Of a stretch of 64,000 nucleotides of DNA, positions 9,039 through 20,175 are shown piece by piece. Location of the stretch: NCBI GenBank assembly GCA_963668175.1, contig OY764159.1:2688001-2752000 (forward strand), given 5' to 3'. Position 1 is the first letter of the stretch; the number at the start of each line of letters is the position of its first letter. The position numbers and the translations under genes were made by a program. This DNA is from Syntrophales bacterium (GTDB lineage: Bacteria > Desulfobacterota > Syntrophia > Syntrophales > PHBD01). Below the pieces are notes generated by a model. The model searched no databases, was not told the DNA's origin, and was given only the letters and a program-made list of their open reading frames with translations.

Positions 9039-11675
9039 TTATGACGGGGCCGCCCGCTTATCCAGCTCCCTCCTGATCGCCAGGCCTATCCGCTCCTTGA
9101 TGTACGGCTTCCTGACAAAGGCCCCCGCGCCCAGGGCCTGGGCCATCCTTACCTTGTCCGTTTCGGCGTAACCGCTGACGATGACGGCTTTCTGGCGAGG
9201 CTTGAACTCAGCGATCCGCCTGTACGTCTCGTAGCCGTCCAGGCCGGGTTCCATGATCATATCGAGAACCACCAGGTCCGCCTCCTTCTTTTTGAGATAT
9301 TCAACGGCATCTTCGCCGCTGGCCGCACTCTCCACGATGTAGTTGAGCTTGCTCAGAATGCGGACCGCGAGTTCCCTTTGCTCTTTGCTGTCGTCCACCA
9401 CCAGGATCCTTTCCCCTCGGCCCGCGTATTCCCCGGGCGGCGCCGTTAACTCTTCTTCGGTTTCGGCGTCGTGCGTTATGGGGAAGAAGAGGCGGAATGT
9501 CGTCCCCTTGCCCTGTTCGCTGTCCACGTCGATATATCCGTTGTGGTCCTTGACGGTTCCCCAGACGACGGACAGCCCCAGTCCCGTGCCGCTCCTCCCC
9601 ATGACCTTCTTCGTATAGAAGGGTTCGAATATCCGCTTCAGGTCGTCAGGGGCGATGCCTCCGCCGTTGTCCGCAACGCTGAGGACGGCGTAATCCCCTT
9701 CCTTAAGCTCGTCAAAGCCGGACACCGGTTCGTCCAGGTAGAGATTCAACGTGCGGATGACGATCTCTCCTCCGGATGCGATCGCTTCCGCGGCGTTTCC
9801 GACGAGATTGGCCAGCGTCTTCGACAGATGAACCCTGGAACCGCTGATCAAGAGAAGTTCTTCATCCGGTTCGGCCGTTACGCGGACGCCGGGGTGAAGC
9901 GATTGCAGCTTCGCGAACTCGGCGCTCTTGAGGTATTCGGCGACGATCCGGTTGAGATTGACGGCCGTCTTAGCCTGCACGCCCCGCCGGGCCATGGTGA
10001 GAAGGTCCTGCACGATCGCCGCCGCCTGCTCGCCGCCGCTGATGATGCTGCGGGTGTCTTCGCGGAGGTGCTCGGAATCGTCGAGGCGGTCGTGGAGAAT
10101 CTCCGCATATCCGACGAGAATCCCCAGCGCGTTGTTGAGGTCATGGGCGACGCCGCCCGCCAGCAGTCCCAGCGCCTCCATCTTTTCGGCCCTTTGCAGG
10201 CGTTCCTGCAGAGTACGGCGCTCTTCCTCGGCCTGCTTGCTTTTCGTGATGTCGATGAACATGGCCAGCGACCCGGAGAAATCGCCGTTGTTGTCCCTGA
10301 TGGCCGTCGCGGAAACGATGGTCCATAGAGCCGATCCGTCCTTTTTCCTGAAACGGCGTTCGTATATTTCGTCTTTGCCCGCATGCCTCTGATCCATCCT
10401 TTCTTTATGGAAAGCGAGGTCCTCGGGGAACAGGAAATCTTCCACCTTCTTTCCGATCATCTCGGAAACGGCGTATCCCAGCATCTTTGCCATCGCGCCG
10501 TTGACGAAGGTCGTCTCCTGATCCCGGTTGATGGACCAAATGCCCTCGTTGGCCGTCTCCACCAGGATGCGGTATTTCTTTTCGGTCTCTTGCAGCGCTT
10601 CCTCCTTGTCGACGATTGCACACGCCATCAGGTCGACGGAGGAAGCGAGCTTCTGCAATTCCACCGGGCCTCCCGGCTTCCTGGGTTGCGGCGTCCTGCT
10701 GTGGGTCAGCGCGAAGATATGCTCGCTGAACGAGTCCACCGACGATGTGAGGGCATTGGAGATCATGACGGCCGCCGCGAAGAAGACGGCCGACAGCAGG
10801 AGGAACAGGGCCGCCTGCTTTGCCACCCGCGATCCGATGGTCTTTTCCACGCTGTCCAGCGGCGTTTCGGCGCAGACGATCCAGCGTGTAGAGGAGACGG
10901 GTTTGGTCGATAAGAGGACCTTGCCATTTCCTTCAAGGGAGGCGAAAATCCCCGTCAATTCCCGCCTGTCCAACGCCGCTCCGATACCCGGCCAACGCGC
11001 CGTCAGATTCCGCCGTTCCCAATCCCATGATATCTTCGGGTAGCGGAAAACGGCGCGGCCGTTGCCGTCGACGATCGTTATATCGACGTCGTCGGTCGGG
11101 GCGGTCCTGATCAGCGTATCCATCCGGTCCGCGTCGATTCCGGCGATCATGATGCCGATCAGATTTCCGGCCTGGCCGTAAATGCCCCGGCTTATGGTGA
11201 ATATGGCGTCATGCGGCGGGGCGCGCGAGATGATGAGATCGCTGATCGCCCATTCTTTTCCCGCAACGATCTGCCGTATGTAGTCCCTGTCCCGGTAATC
11301 CAGGCCGGTCTTGCCGGTGCTTGCGGCGATCACCTTGTGCGTCTGCGGATCGTACCAGGAGAAAGCCCTGACCGCGACGTATGCCCGGACGTTCGCCGCC
11401 AGTATCCGGTTCATCCGGTCGGCGGAAAGACGGCCGGAAGTCGTGAAATGGATGCCGATGGCCAGTTCCTGGTGCAGGATGTCCTGGATAAAGGCCTGCA
11501 CGGTATCGCTTGCGAGACGCGCGACGTATTCGTTGGCCTTGTCCGCCCCCGCTCTCAGGGTCTGGTATTCTATGACGATGTAGCCGACCTGGATGATGAG
11601 CAGGGGAATGAGGGCGATCAGGACGATCAATCGGATTCTGTTGCGAAGGGTATAACTGGACAGCCGCTCTTTCAT
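9039..11675 (-). CDS. Hybrid sensor histidine kinase (Cache-PAS-HisKA-HATPase-REC)
   Basis: 2 TM; H-box GVAHDLNN; FEPFYTKK..G.SGTGLGL; receiver LVVDD...DMIM. Confidence 0.93.
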   Translation of the reverse strand: MKERLSSYTLRNRIRLIVLIALIPLLIIQVGYIVIEYQTLRAGADKANEYVARLASDTVQAFIQDILHQELAIGIHFTTSGRLSADRMNRILAANVRAYVAVRAFSWYDPQTHKVIAASTGKTGLDYRDRDYIRQIVAGKEWAISDLIISRAPPHDAIFTISRGIYGQAGNLIGIMIAGIDADRMDTLIRTAPTDDVDITIVDGNGRAVFRYPKISWDWERRNLTARWPGIGAALDRRELTGIFASLEGNGKVLLSTKPVSSTRWIVCAETPLDSVEKTIGSRVAKQAALFLLLSAVFFAAAVMISNALTSSVDSFSEHIFALTHSRTPQPRKPGGPVELQKLASSVDLMACAIVDKEEALQETEKKYRILVETANEGIWSINRDQETTFVNGAMAKMLGYAVSEMIGKKVEDFLFPEDLAFHKERMDQRHAGKDEIYERRFRKKDGSALWTIVSATAIRDNNGDFSGSLAMFIDITKSKQAEEERRTLQERLQRAEKMEALGLLAGGVAHDLNNALGILVGYAEILHDRLDDSEHLREDTRSIISGGEQAAAIVQDLLTMARRGVQAKTAVNLNRIVAEYLKSAEFAKLQSLHPGVRVTAEPDEELLLISGSRVHLSKTLANLVGNAAEAIASGGEIVIRTLNLYLDEPVSGFDELKEGDYAVLSVADNGGGIAPDDLKRIFEPFYTKKVMGRSGTGLGLSVVWGTVKDHNGYIDVDSEQGKGTTFRLFFPITHDAETEEELTAPPGEYAGRGERILVVDDSKEQRELAVRILSKLNYIVESAASGEDAVEYLKKKEADLVVLDMIMEPGLDGYETYRRIAEFKPRQKAVIVSGYAETDKVRMAQALGAGAFVRKPYIKERIGLAIRRELDKRAAPS

Positions 11676-11988
11676 CGTTGCCGAAACCTCCGTACAGTTT
11701 CAAGAGGAATAACGATCGAACGAAAGAACCAACTCATTACTGATATCATAACATTACCGGGACGCCAGGGAAAGAGGAACTTTCATCCGGACGGAAATAG
11801 GCAGCGCACGATAAAAACGGACCGGTCCGGCGAGGCGGAGAACCGTTCGTTGTGCGACCGTCGTTGCAATCCATACCGGGACGGCGCCGTGGCGTTTCCC
11901 GGCGGCCGCTTTCGGGAAAGCGGCGAGCCTGCGGCCGTTCGATAAGGCGCGAAGGGATCGGACCGGCATCTCCGTCGGCTGCGGGTGC

Positions 11989-12921
11989 CTATCGGGATGC
12001 GAGGAACAATCTGAAAAGTTCGGAGAGGGTGGTCACGCCGGGGAGGAGATAGTGGATCAGGCCTCCGGCGGCGAGCGCGAGGAGGAGCGTCAGGGCGAAG
12101 GGGAGGCGTGTCGCCTTGAAGACGCTGCCCATCCAGTCGTCGCAGGTTATCCGTTTGCCGCTGCGGACGAGGCTGCCGGCGAGGATGACGTTGAAGGCCG
12201 CCTCGGAGAGGATCGTCGGCGCGACGTAGAGCAGGTAGATGCCCACGCCGAAAACCGCCGCGGCGGCCAGGGCAAGGGCCCCGACGCAGACAATGACGGC
12301 CAGCCCGCCTTCGCCGTCGGCGGCATCCGCCGCGCCGGAAAAGACGTGGCCCACGGCCTCGCCCGCGCCAGTATCGCAATCGTCCGGAACGGCGGCGCGA
12401 ACGACCGCATCGGCGGGACCGTCGAAAACGCGATCCGCACCGCCGCCTCCTGAACCTCCGCCCTGGAAGAGCGAAGCGTCGGGGGCGGTGTGAGCATCGG
12501 GAACGCTGCACGCGCCGGAGCCTGCGCCCGAAGGCATGCCGGGACCGGGGCTCGCGAAATCGAGCAATGCGGAGGCCGTATCGCCTGTGCTGTTCCCGGC
12601 TTTCGCTTCCGCGGGCGCACAGGAGACGCACCGGAGCCAGACCTTGACGGCGATAAAGAAGACGGCATAGGAGAGGAGCACGGCCAGGGGATAGCGGATC
12701 GCGACGTTCTCCATGTGCAGTTTATGGAAACCCCACGTTGCCAGGAAACCGCCGCCCGCCGCCACCGTCAGGATCATCGCCATGTGGAAGCGGAGCGCAT
12801 ATCTCGCCCCGAACGCCCGGGCGAATTTTCCCTTGTACCGGTCCGGGCGGACCAGGGGGGCCTTCTCGATTATTGCGGGTTCTTTCATGGCGGTTTGTTG
12901 CACATCGCTTCGTTCAGTCAT
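11989..12921 (-). CDS. Hypothetical membrane protein with Gly-rich loop
   Basis: Several TM segments, GGGSGGGGA stretch. Confidence 0.65.
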   Translation of the reverse strand: MTERSDVQQTAMKEPAIIEKAPLVRPDRYKGKFARAFGARYALRFHMAMILTVAAGGGFLATWGFHKLHMENVAIRYPLAVLLSYAVFFIAVKVWLRCVSCAPAEAKAGNSTGDTASALLDFASPGPGMPSGAGSGACSVPDAHTAPDASLFQGGGSGGGGADRVFDGPADAVVRAAVPDDCDTGAGEAVGHVFSGAADAADGEGGLAVIVCVGALALAAAAVFGVGIYLLYVAPTILSEAAFNVILAGSLVRSGKRITCDDWMGSVFKATRLPFALTLLLALAAGGLIHYLLPGVTTLSELFRLFLASR

Positions 12922-13108
12922 CGTGTTTTAATACAAGGTGTCTCTAGGTATTGCCGACATGATCGAACGCCAGCGCCAGTTATTCGTGGTCGATAATGTC
13001 TGCTCTCTCAGAAGTATGATCATAACCATTTAAAATAGAGCAATACAAAATCGGCGGCAAATTCTCCTATGCTTACAGGATACCCTTTAATGTTTCAAAA
13101 AACATATG

Positions 13109-13885
13109 CTAATTGCGGTCCCAAAGATCCAATTGCTTTTTTGCCATCTTCCTGACGCCTTTCTGTGCGTGTTTTACAGCTTCAGCGATTATTGCAATTG
13201 CACTTTGTTTTTTAGTCGTCGCCAAAGCGACAATAGCATCGCACTTCAATCTGCCAAAATGTTGAAATTCGATAAAGCGCGTAGGATCAAGATACAGGAT
13301 TTTATTTAATTCGTTAATCGACTCTTCCGTCCGGATTTTTCCCAAGGCTTCAATAATTTCTTTTTTGACATGGACCCCAGGAATATCTGATTCGCCGGGA
13401 ATTATAATCGAATATTCTTCCTGTGTGCCATTCATGAATAAATCTACCAGAGGCGATACCGAACGATTATCCTTTAGAATTGCCAAACCTTGAATTGCGG
13501 TCATAACTAAAGGACCCTTTCTTTGTATCAGTATCTCAAGAAGATCATCAGAGATGTTCCCATCCTTAAGCATGCATATACCGAGTATGAATTCGTGCTG
13601 AAGCCCTGAATCCGTTTTGTGTTTATTTAAAGCATACCAAAATGCGTCGAGCGATCTTTTGTCCCCAACTTCTCTAAGAATCCAAGCTGCAGCCCATAGC
13701 ATATATCTGTTGCTCGCTATGAATAGTCTTTCTATTAAAGGTACAACAACTTTATCACCTAATTTAATGAGCTGTTTCACTTCCCGATTGAATTGAATGA
13801 TGTTGTTTCTGTGAGTTTCCGGATCAGTGTCCAGACTTTCAATCCAATCGAGCTTTTCCTTTATTGTATCTTTCAGTTCGTTCAT
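13109..13885 (-). CDS. HEAT-repeat domain protein (AT-rich islet)
   Basis: Repeated A..LG.I.D..S..PL helical motifs. Confidence 0.75.
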   Translation of the reverse strand: MNELKDTIKEKLDWIESLDTDPETHRNNIIQFNREVKQLIKLGDKVVVPLIERLFIASNRYMLWAAAWILREVGDKRSLDAFWYALNKHKTDSGLQHEFILGICMLKDGNISDDLLEILIQRKGPLVMTAIQGLAILKDNRSVSPLVDLFMNGTQEEYSIIIPGESDIPGVHVKKEIIEALGKIRTEESINELNKILYLDPTRFIEFQHFGRLKCDAIVALATTKKQSAIAIIAEAVKHAQKGVRKMAKKQLDLWDRN

Positions 13886-13969
13886 GAGTATTCATCTGTT
13901 CTAAATATTTTCCCATTTCAACTAGTGACGAACGCCATCACTCACTCGCCAGTGCCGACCATGCGGCGC

Positions 13970-14721
13970 TTAGGAGCCGTACAGCGCCGACTCGGCGGCG
14001 CTTTTGGCATGAATCGCCGTCGTGTCGAAGAGCGGTATGGGCGAATCTTCCGGGCCGACGAGGAGCGATATCTCCGTGCAGCCGAGGATGACGGCCTCCG
14101 CCCCACGGGCGGCAAGCCCCGCGACGATCCGGCGGAACTCCGCGCGGGACGCCTCGACGATCCTGCCCAGGCAAAGTTCCTCGTAGATCGTCCGGTGGAC
14201 GATCTGCCGGTCCGCCTCATCCGGAATAAGCACCGTTAGGCCGTGGCGCTCCGCCGGTCCTTGTAGAAGGCCTCGTAGATCGTCCGATCGTGAAGCGCGT
14301 GCTCCGCGAGGCGGTCCTTGTAGAAGGCCTCCTCCATCGTGAAGCGCGTGCCGAGCAGACCGACCGTGGCGCAGCCGGCCTTTTTGATTGCCGCGGCGGC
14401 CGCGTCGGCGATGTGGAGGAGCGGGACGGACACCGCCGCCTCGATGGCCGGGGCGACCTTGTGCATCGTGTTCGTGCAAAGGACGATGAAGTCCGCCCCC
14501 GCGGCCTCAACCGCCCGCGCCGCACCCGCTAGGAGCTTTCCCGCCGCGTCCCAGTCCCCCGCGTCCTGCATGGCTTCGATCTCGTGGAAATCGACGCTGT
14601 AGAGGGCGATCTTCGCCGAATGCAGGCCGCCCAGGCGGTCGCGCACGGTTTCGTTGACGATGCGGTAGTAGGGGACGGTGGACTCCCAGCTCATCCCCCC
14701 GATCATGCCGATGGTCTTCAT
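13970..14721 (-). pseudogene. Aspartate/glutamate racemase family gene (YgeA-like), frameshifted by a 53-bp insertion at 14248-14300
   Basis: MKTIGMIGGMSWEST and CTNTMH in one frame; ILGCTEI and FDTT..HA in another. Confidence 0.88.
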
Positions 14722-14983
14722 GGGGCCTCCTTTCAATGCGGATTGGCCGAGCGCTCCGGCGCGGCCGCACCCGCAGCATAGCACAAGGAACAGGCTTTTG
14801 TAGAGGGGCGGATTGCCATTCGCGATTCTTAAGAAAAATAGTTTTCAGAAGCCCTGCGGCAGAAGCGATAAAACCGGCAGCAGGTTTTATTGGCTTCACC
14901 TACGAAGATGCACAGGCCGGATATGGTGGACGATGAAGATAACGACTTGAAAGCTTCATCTTCGATAGGCACAACAGGTTATA

Positions 14984-16609
14984 TTATACGGGTGATGACG
15001 GCAGGGCAAAATAGAAGGTCGCGCCTTCGCCTTCCTTTCCTTCCGCCCACACGCGGCCGCCGTGGCGGTGGACGATGCGCTGGACAATGGCGAGTCCAAC
15101 GCCCGTTCCCTCGTGCTCTTCGTCGTTGTGGAGGCGCTGGAAGACCTGGAACAATTTATCGTAGTAAGCCATATCGAAACCGACGCCGTTGTCCCTGACA
15201 AAGTAAACGGTCTCGCCGGCGCCGACGCTGCCCCCGACTTCGATCACGGCAAGATCGCTCGTTTTGGTGAACTTGACGGCGTTGGAGAGAAGGTTCAGCA
15301 TGGCCTGCCCTAATAGCACGGCATCCCCGTAGCCTTCCGGCAGGCTGTTCGCCGTGAGGCGGATGGCTCTGTCTGCGTTCGCCGTCCGGAGGTCTTTCCA
15401 CAAACCGTTAACGAGGGCGGCCATGTCGATCCGTCCAAAGGACATTTCCCGCCTGCCGAGGCGGGAAATGGTCAGGAGATCGTCGATGAGCTGGCCCATC
15501 TTCCGAACGTTCGATCGGATAACGTTGAACTTGCGGAGCGAATCGCGGTCGAATTCCGGCCCGTGCTTCTTCAGGAGCATGCTGGAGAAGCCGTCGATGG
15601 CCCGCAGGGGCGCCCGCAGGTCGTGGGAGACGGAGTAGCTGAAGCTCTCCATCTCCTTGTTGGCTTCCTCCAGGTCATTGGTGCGCTCCGCGACGCGCTG
15701 CTCCAAGGTTTCCGCAAGCTCCTTCAAGGCGGCCTCGGATTTCCGCTGGGCGGTGATGTCAAAATCCATTTCGAGGATCAGGGGGGAACCGTCCGCATCG
15801 GTAAATGGAAAGTCGTAGGCGTCAATGATCGATCCATCCGGTGCACGGACTTCCCAATGGTGGGGACGGCCGGTTTCCAGGACTTTATAGGATTCGCAGA
15901 AATCGCACGGCTGGCTGTAACCGAAACAGTGTTCATAGCAATGCCGGCCCCGGGACTCGCCGAATTTCTCGCGAAAGCTGCGGTTGGCAAAGGCGACACG
16001 ATAGTCGGGCGTCAGGAGGCAGATCATGGCGGGCAGGGTCTCCAGGACGTCGAACAGCCTTTGCCGCTCCTGCCGGATTCGATCCTCCGCCTGCTTGAGG
16101 GCCGTGACGTCCGTCGCCACCATGCACACCGTTGCCGGCGAGCCCGTATCCTGATAGCTGTTTAAAGAGAGAAGAACCGGCAAGGCCGAACCGTCCGGCA
16201 TGACAAACGCCGTCTCCCCGCGGTAAGAGCTTTGTCGAAAGGCCGTCTCCATGGCGCCCCGGTCGCGGGAGGCGACAAACCGGTATACGGACGTACCAAT
16301 AAGCTTGTCCAGAGGTGTTCCCAGCATGTCGGCAAAGCGCTGATTGCTGTAAAAGATCGTTCCGTCGTCCGAGAGGGTTGCCGCACCCTCGTTCAGCATT
16401 TCGATCATGATCCGGTACGGCTGCTCCGCCCCGGTGAGGGTGAAAATCTTGTCTCCGTCGGGCGTCGACGTCACCAGGGCATCCACCTCGCCGTCGCGGA
16501 TGGCGCGCAGCGTCTCTTCCGCTTCAGTCAGGCGGGATTCCAACTCCTGAATTCTCGCCGGAAGCGTCCCTTCCCGGCTTTCTTTCGGTATTTTGGCGGT
16601 CTTTTTCAT
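14984..16609 (-). CDS. PAS-PAS sensor histidine kinase coupled to the kai operon
   Basis: N-terminal EAEETLRAIR.GEVDA; H-box FSYSVSHDLRAPL; FQRLH..E.EGTGVGL; overlaps kaiB stop. Confidence 0.92.
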   Translation of the reverse strand: MKKTAKIPKESREGTLPARIQELESRLTEAEETLRAIRDGEVDALVTSTPDGDKIFTLTGAEQPYRIMIEMLNEGAATLSDDGTIFYSNQRFADMLGTPLDKLIGTSVYRFVASRDRGAMETAFRQSSYRGETAFVMPDGSALPVLLSLNSYQDTGSPATVCMVATDVTALKQAEDRIRQERQRLFDVLETLPAMICLLTPDYRVAFANRSFREKFGESRGRHCYEHCFGYSQPCDFCESYKVLETGRPHHWEVRAPDGSIIDAYDFPFTDADGSPLILEMDFDITAQRKSEAALKELAETLEQRVAERTNDLEEANKEMESFSYSVSHDLRAPLRAIDGFSSMLLKKHGPEFDRDSLRKFNVIRSNVRKMGQLIDDLLTISRLGRREMSFGRIDMAALVNGLWKDLRTANADRAIRLTANSLPEGYGDAVLLGQAMLNLLSNAVKFTKTSDLAVIEVGGSVGAGETVYFVRDNGVGFDMAYYDKLFQVFQRLHNDEEHEGTGVGLAIVQRIVHRHGGRVWAEGKEGEGATFYFALPSSPV

Positions 16610-16950
16610 GGCTTTTTGGGTTTCAAATCGATGCCCACGAGGAATTTCTCCGCATCGGACATATCGCCGATCAGGCGGCGCAGCGGCAGGGGGAGTTTCT
16701 TGACAAGCGTGGGCGCTGCGATGATTTGCTCGCCGCGGGCCAGATTGGGCTGCTGGTAAATATCGATAACCTCTAGCTCGTATCGGCCCTTTAAATGTTC
16801 TTCGCAGATCTTCTTCACGCTGGCGATCGCCAGGGTGGACCGGGGCGTAATCCCGGTAATGTAGAGGCGGAGGACATACTTCTCCTGCCCCGCTTTCCTG
16901 ACGGCCTTCTCAAATTCCCTGGTCGATGTCATTGTCTTTTGCCCAGGCAT
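16606..16950 (-). CDS. kaiB: Circadian clock KaiB family protein
   Basis: YVLRLYITG.TPRS, IIAAPTLVKKLPLPLRRLIGDMS. Confidence 0.95.
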   Translation of the reverse strand: MPGQKTMTSTREFEKAVRKAGQEKYVLRLYITGITPRSTLAIASVKKICEEHLKGRYELEVIDIYQQPNLARGEQIIAAPTLVKKLPLPLRRLIGDMSDAEKFLVGIDLKPKKP

Positions 16951-16971
16951 GGCGGCGGCTCCTGCGATGGA

Positions 16972-17313
16972 TTATGCAGCCTTGGCGGCCGGTTTGATAT
17001 CCAGGCCGACGAGGACGCGTTCCGTGTTGGCCAGGTCGCCGATGATCTTCTTGACCGGCTGCGGGAGCTTCCGGACGAGGGTCGGCAGGGCCAGGATCTG
17101 GTCCCCCTTGGCGAGGGCCGGGTTCTTGAGAAGATCGATGACCTCGATGCGGTAGCGGCCCTTCAGGTGATCCTCGCAAATCTTCTTGAGATTGGCGAAG
17201 GCCGCGAGAGACTTCGTCGTCTGCCCGGCCACATAGAGCTTGAGAGTCCAAATCTCTTCGGAAAAATTACCGGCAGTGTTATTGTTTTTCTTCTTCCGTG
17301 TTGTCTCCATCAT
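16972..17313 (-). CDS. kaiB: Circadian clock KaiB family protein
   Basis: [32 protein letters not shown]. Confidence 0.95.
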   Translation of the reverse strand: MMETTRKKKNNNTAGNFSEEIWTLKLYVAGQTTKSLAAFANLKKICEDHLKGRYRIEVIDLLKNPALAKGDQILALPTLVRKLPQPVKKIIGDLANTERVLVGLDIKPAAKAA

Positions 17314-19049
17314 CTTATCCCCTTTCGTCTGGCGGGCTTACGTTTGCCGATGGCCGCCGGGTCGGCCTTCCGGAGACGGGACATCTCGTCGCGGCCTTTT
17401 TGCAGGTTGTTCAGCCGGCTTTTCTCTATCGCGGCGGCAAAGGTGTTCTCTTCAGCCAGCGTATCGAGTTCCGCCTCCAGGGCGGCGATCTGGATCGAAA
17501 GGGTCTTCTGCCGGGATTTTCGCTCTCTGAGGCTGCGGTCGGACAGATTTCGTAACTGGAGGGCCTCCGCCCGATCCTTCGCTTCCTGGGCCGCACGGGC
17601 GCTCCCCGTCAGCACCCCGGCGGGGCCGAGGTAAACGTCGAGAAGATCGATGCCGGAGCCGGAGATCAGGAACTCGCGAATCTGGTTGGAATGGGCCATG
17701 CCGCGGGATTTCAGGATGTAAAGCCCGCGGTTGCGCTCCCCGTTTAGCTCGATATCCCGGACGACGATCCAGGAGTCCACCATAGAGGAGACATCTTCGT
17801 CTGTTTGCACCTTTGGGGTTCCCGTGTGCATCAAATCCGTCATCATCGCCGTGATGTGGTTCATCTTCAGGTAATCGATGAGACGCGTGAGCATGGATTT
17901 GATCTCCGCTTTCGTTCCCACGGAGCTCAGGTTGCTGATCGGGTCGATGACAATAACCTGAGGTTGCGATCTCATGATGACATGGTGCAGCGAGGCCAGG
18001 TGCATCTCCAGGCCGCAGAAGGAAGGCCGAATGGCATGGAAGGAGAGGAGCCCCTTCTTGATCCAGGCGTTGAGATCGAGCCCTATGGAATGCATGTTGC
18101 GGACGATCTGCGAGGGCGATTCCTCGAAGGTGATATAGAGGCTCTTTTCCTTGCGGCGGCAGGCACCGTCGACAAAGTAAGCGGCAATCGTCGACTTCCC
18201 CGTCCCGGCGCTGCCCGAAACGAGGATCGTGCTGCCGCGGTAGAATCCCCTGCCGTCGAGCATATTATCCAGGCGTTCGATCCCCGAGGAGATTCGGTCC
18301 TTCGCAACGGGGTAATCGAGGCGCAGCGATGTGACCGGCAGGACGGAGATGCCGTCCCTCTCGATGAGGAAGGGATATTCGTCGGCCCCGTGGGAGGAGC
18401 CGCGGTACTTGATGATGCGCATACGCCGGGTGGAAATCTGCTCCATTACGCGGAAATCGAGATAGATGACGCAGTCCGCCACGTACTCCTCCAGGCCGTG
18501 ACGCGTCAGGGTCTTTTCCCCCTTTTCCCCGGTGACGACCGCTGTCACTCCCCGGTCTTTCAGCCAGCGAAAGAGCCGATGCAATTCGGAGCGGAGGATG
18601 GCGCTGTCGCTGAACCCGCCGAAGAGGGCCTCGACCGTATCGAGGACGACCCTCTTGGCGCCGACGGACTCGATGGCGTGCGCAAGGCGGATGAAGAGGC
18701 CTTCCAGGTCGTATTCCCCTGTTTCCTCAATCTCGGAGCGGTTGATGGCGACGTAGTCCACGGCGAGTTTTCCGCGGCGGACCATCTCTGCCACGTCGAT
18801 GCCCAACGAGAGGAAGTTTTTGGCGAGGTCGTCCTCCGACTCCTCAAAGGACATGAAGATGCCGGGTTCGTTGTACTCCTTGATGCCCCTCGCGAGAAAT
18901 TCCATAGCGAATAACGTTTTGCCGCAGCCGGGGCCGCCGCACAAAAGCGTTGGCCTCCCTTTCGGCAGCCCGCCGTTGCTGATTTCGTCAAACCCCCTGA
19001 TGCCCGTCGGACATTTCGCAAGGGTCTGGGACGAACGTGTCTTGGCCAT
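17310..19049 (-). CDS. kaiC: Circadian clock protein KaiC (double domain, KaiC2-like)
   Basis: Walker A GGPGCGKT and [11 protein letters not shown] motifs, [15 protein letters not shown]-terminal coiled coil. Confidence 0.96.
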   Translation of the reverse strand: MAKTRSSQTLAKCPTGIRGFDEISNGGLPKGRPTLLCGGPGCGKTLFAMEFLARGIKEYNEPGIFMSFEESEDDLAKNFLSLGIDVAEMVRRGKLAVDYVAINRSEIEETGEYDLEGLFIRLAHAIESVGAKRVVLDTVEALFGGFSDSAILRSELHRLFRWLKDRGVTAVVTGEKGEKTLTRHGLEEYVADCVIYLDFRVMEQISTRRMRIIKYRGSSHGADEYPFLIERDGISVLPVTSLRLDYPVAKDRISSGIERLDNMLDGRGFYRGSTILVSGSAGTGKSTIAAYFVDGACRRKEKSLYITFEESPSQIVRNMHSIGLDLNAWIKKGLLSFHAIRPSFCGLEMHLASLHHVIMRSQPQVIVIDPISNLSSVGTKAEIKSMLTRLIDYLKMNHITAMMTDLMHTGTPKVQTDEDVSSMVDSWIVVRDIELNGERNRGLYILKSRGMAHSNQIREFLISGSGIDLLDVYLGPAGVLTGSARAAQEAKDRAEALQLRNLSDRSLRERKSRQKTLSIQIAALEAELDTLAEENTFAAAIEKSRLNNLQKGRDEMSRLRKADPAAIGKRKPARRKGIR

Positions 19050-19210
19050 TTACGACCTCCAGGATTAATTTAGAGGAAATAGAGATAGGTGGATGAGATC
19101 TGTGTTAACGGCTTTTTCATTTTCATCAGGAGCCTGTGTCGCAGGATCAACTTCTGAAAACCGATCAACCGGGTCGCTGGTTGCATAATGATGAATTATT
19201 TAACATAACA

Positions 19211-19239
19211 TTTATAAATCCTGGCCATATTCTTGTCAA
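19211..19239 (-). promoter_or_regulatory. Sigma70-like promoter for the kai operon (TTGACA-N17-TATAAA)
   Basis: Near-consensus hexamers ~160 bp upstream of kaiC. Confidence 0.55.
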
Positions 19240-19373
19240 GTTTCATTTCAGTATATATCGTTTGTGACTTGGAACCAGCTCCCCGAACTACATTTCAACA
19301 AGTACAGGAAGAAGTATCGGCCCCGCCTTGTCGCCGGCGGGACGAGCGCTTGCCGGATGTCTCTCCCGCCCCT

Positions 19374-19613
19374 TTATTTGAACCAGCCTTCGAGGAACAG
19401 TTTGCTGATGATGGAGCAGGCGTTGCCGACGGTCAGAAGGGCGCTCGCGGCGACCACGAGCGCGACGAAGAGGAGTACGCTCCTGAAGGTCAGGCGCCGA
19501 TAGTTGCTAAGGACGGCGGTCACGGATTTCTTTTCGGCCGTCACTTCGCCGATGGCGGAAAGAAAGAGGATAATCAGGAATATGACGCCGTATATGGCAA
19601 ACGCCCTGAGCAT
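19374..19613 (-). CDS. Small 2-TM hypothetical protein
   Basis: Two hydrophobic segments; AAGGA RBS. Confidence 0.5.
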   Translation of the reverse strand: MLRAFAIYGVIFLIILFLSAIGEVTAEKKSVTAVLSNYRRLTFRSVLLFVALVVAASALLTVGNACSIISKLFLEGWFK

Positions 19614-20175
19614 AGGACTTCCTTAAAAATATCGTTCGGGACCCGTGGAGGTAGGGATGTAACGCCCGGCGGGATCGCGCCCCCATAACGCGATGCCGTG
19701 TCCGCCGTCCGAAGGAGAGAAGCGCCCGGCACGGTCCCCGGCCCCGGGGAGGACTGCGAAGGGTTCCTCGACCGGCGCTCTGCCCCATGGCCGCGAATCC
19801 CCGCGGCGATACCGCCCGCCCATCCCGCGTATCGCAGTGCCGCTGCCGGCCGGGCCGGAATGTGACACGTACCGGAATCTTGAACCCATTCTCCCCGCAT
19901 TGTCAAGGGCAATATCAGTGATGCATTATTATTAATACATATAAAGCATGTAATACCCATGCCGTTCGCGGCGGGATATGAAATGGGGCCGATACCGGCG
20001 GCAGGGCTGGAACCGGGGGGAATCCCGCGCGGTAAAACATGCCGGGGAGGACGGCGGGGCGGTGCCGCGCCGGAAACGGCTGCGCACATCGGCGAGGCTG
20101 CGTCGGGTGGCCGGAAGTCGAAGCGGTGTCCGGTGTGCAGCCAAAGACGGCGGATCGGGGAGGACAACCGCGCGG

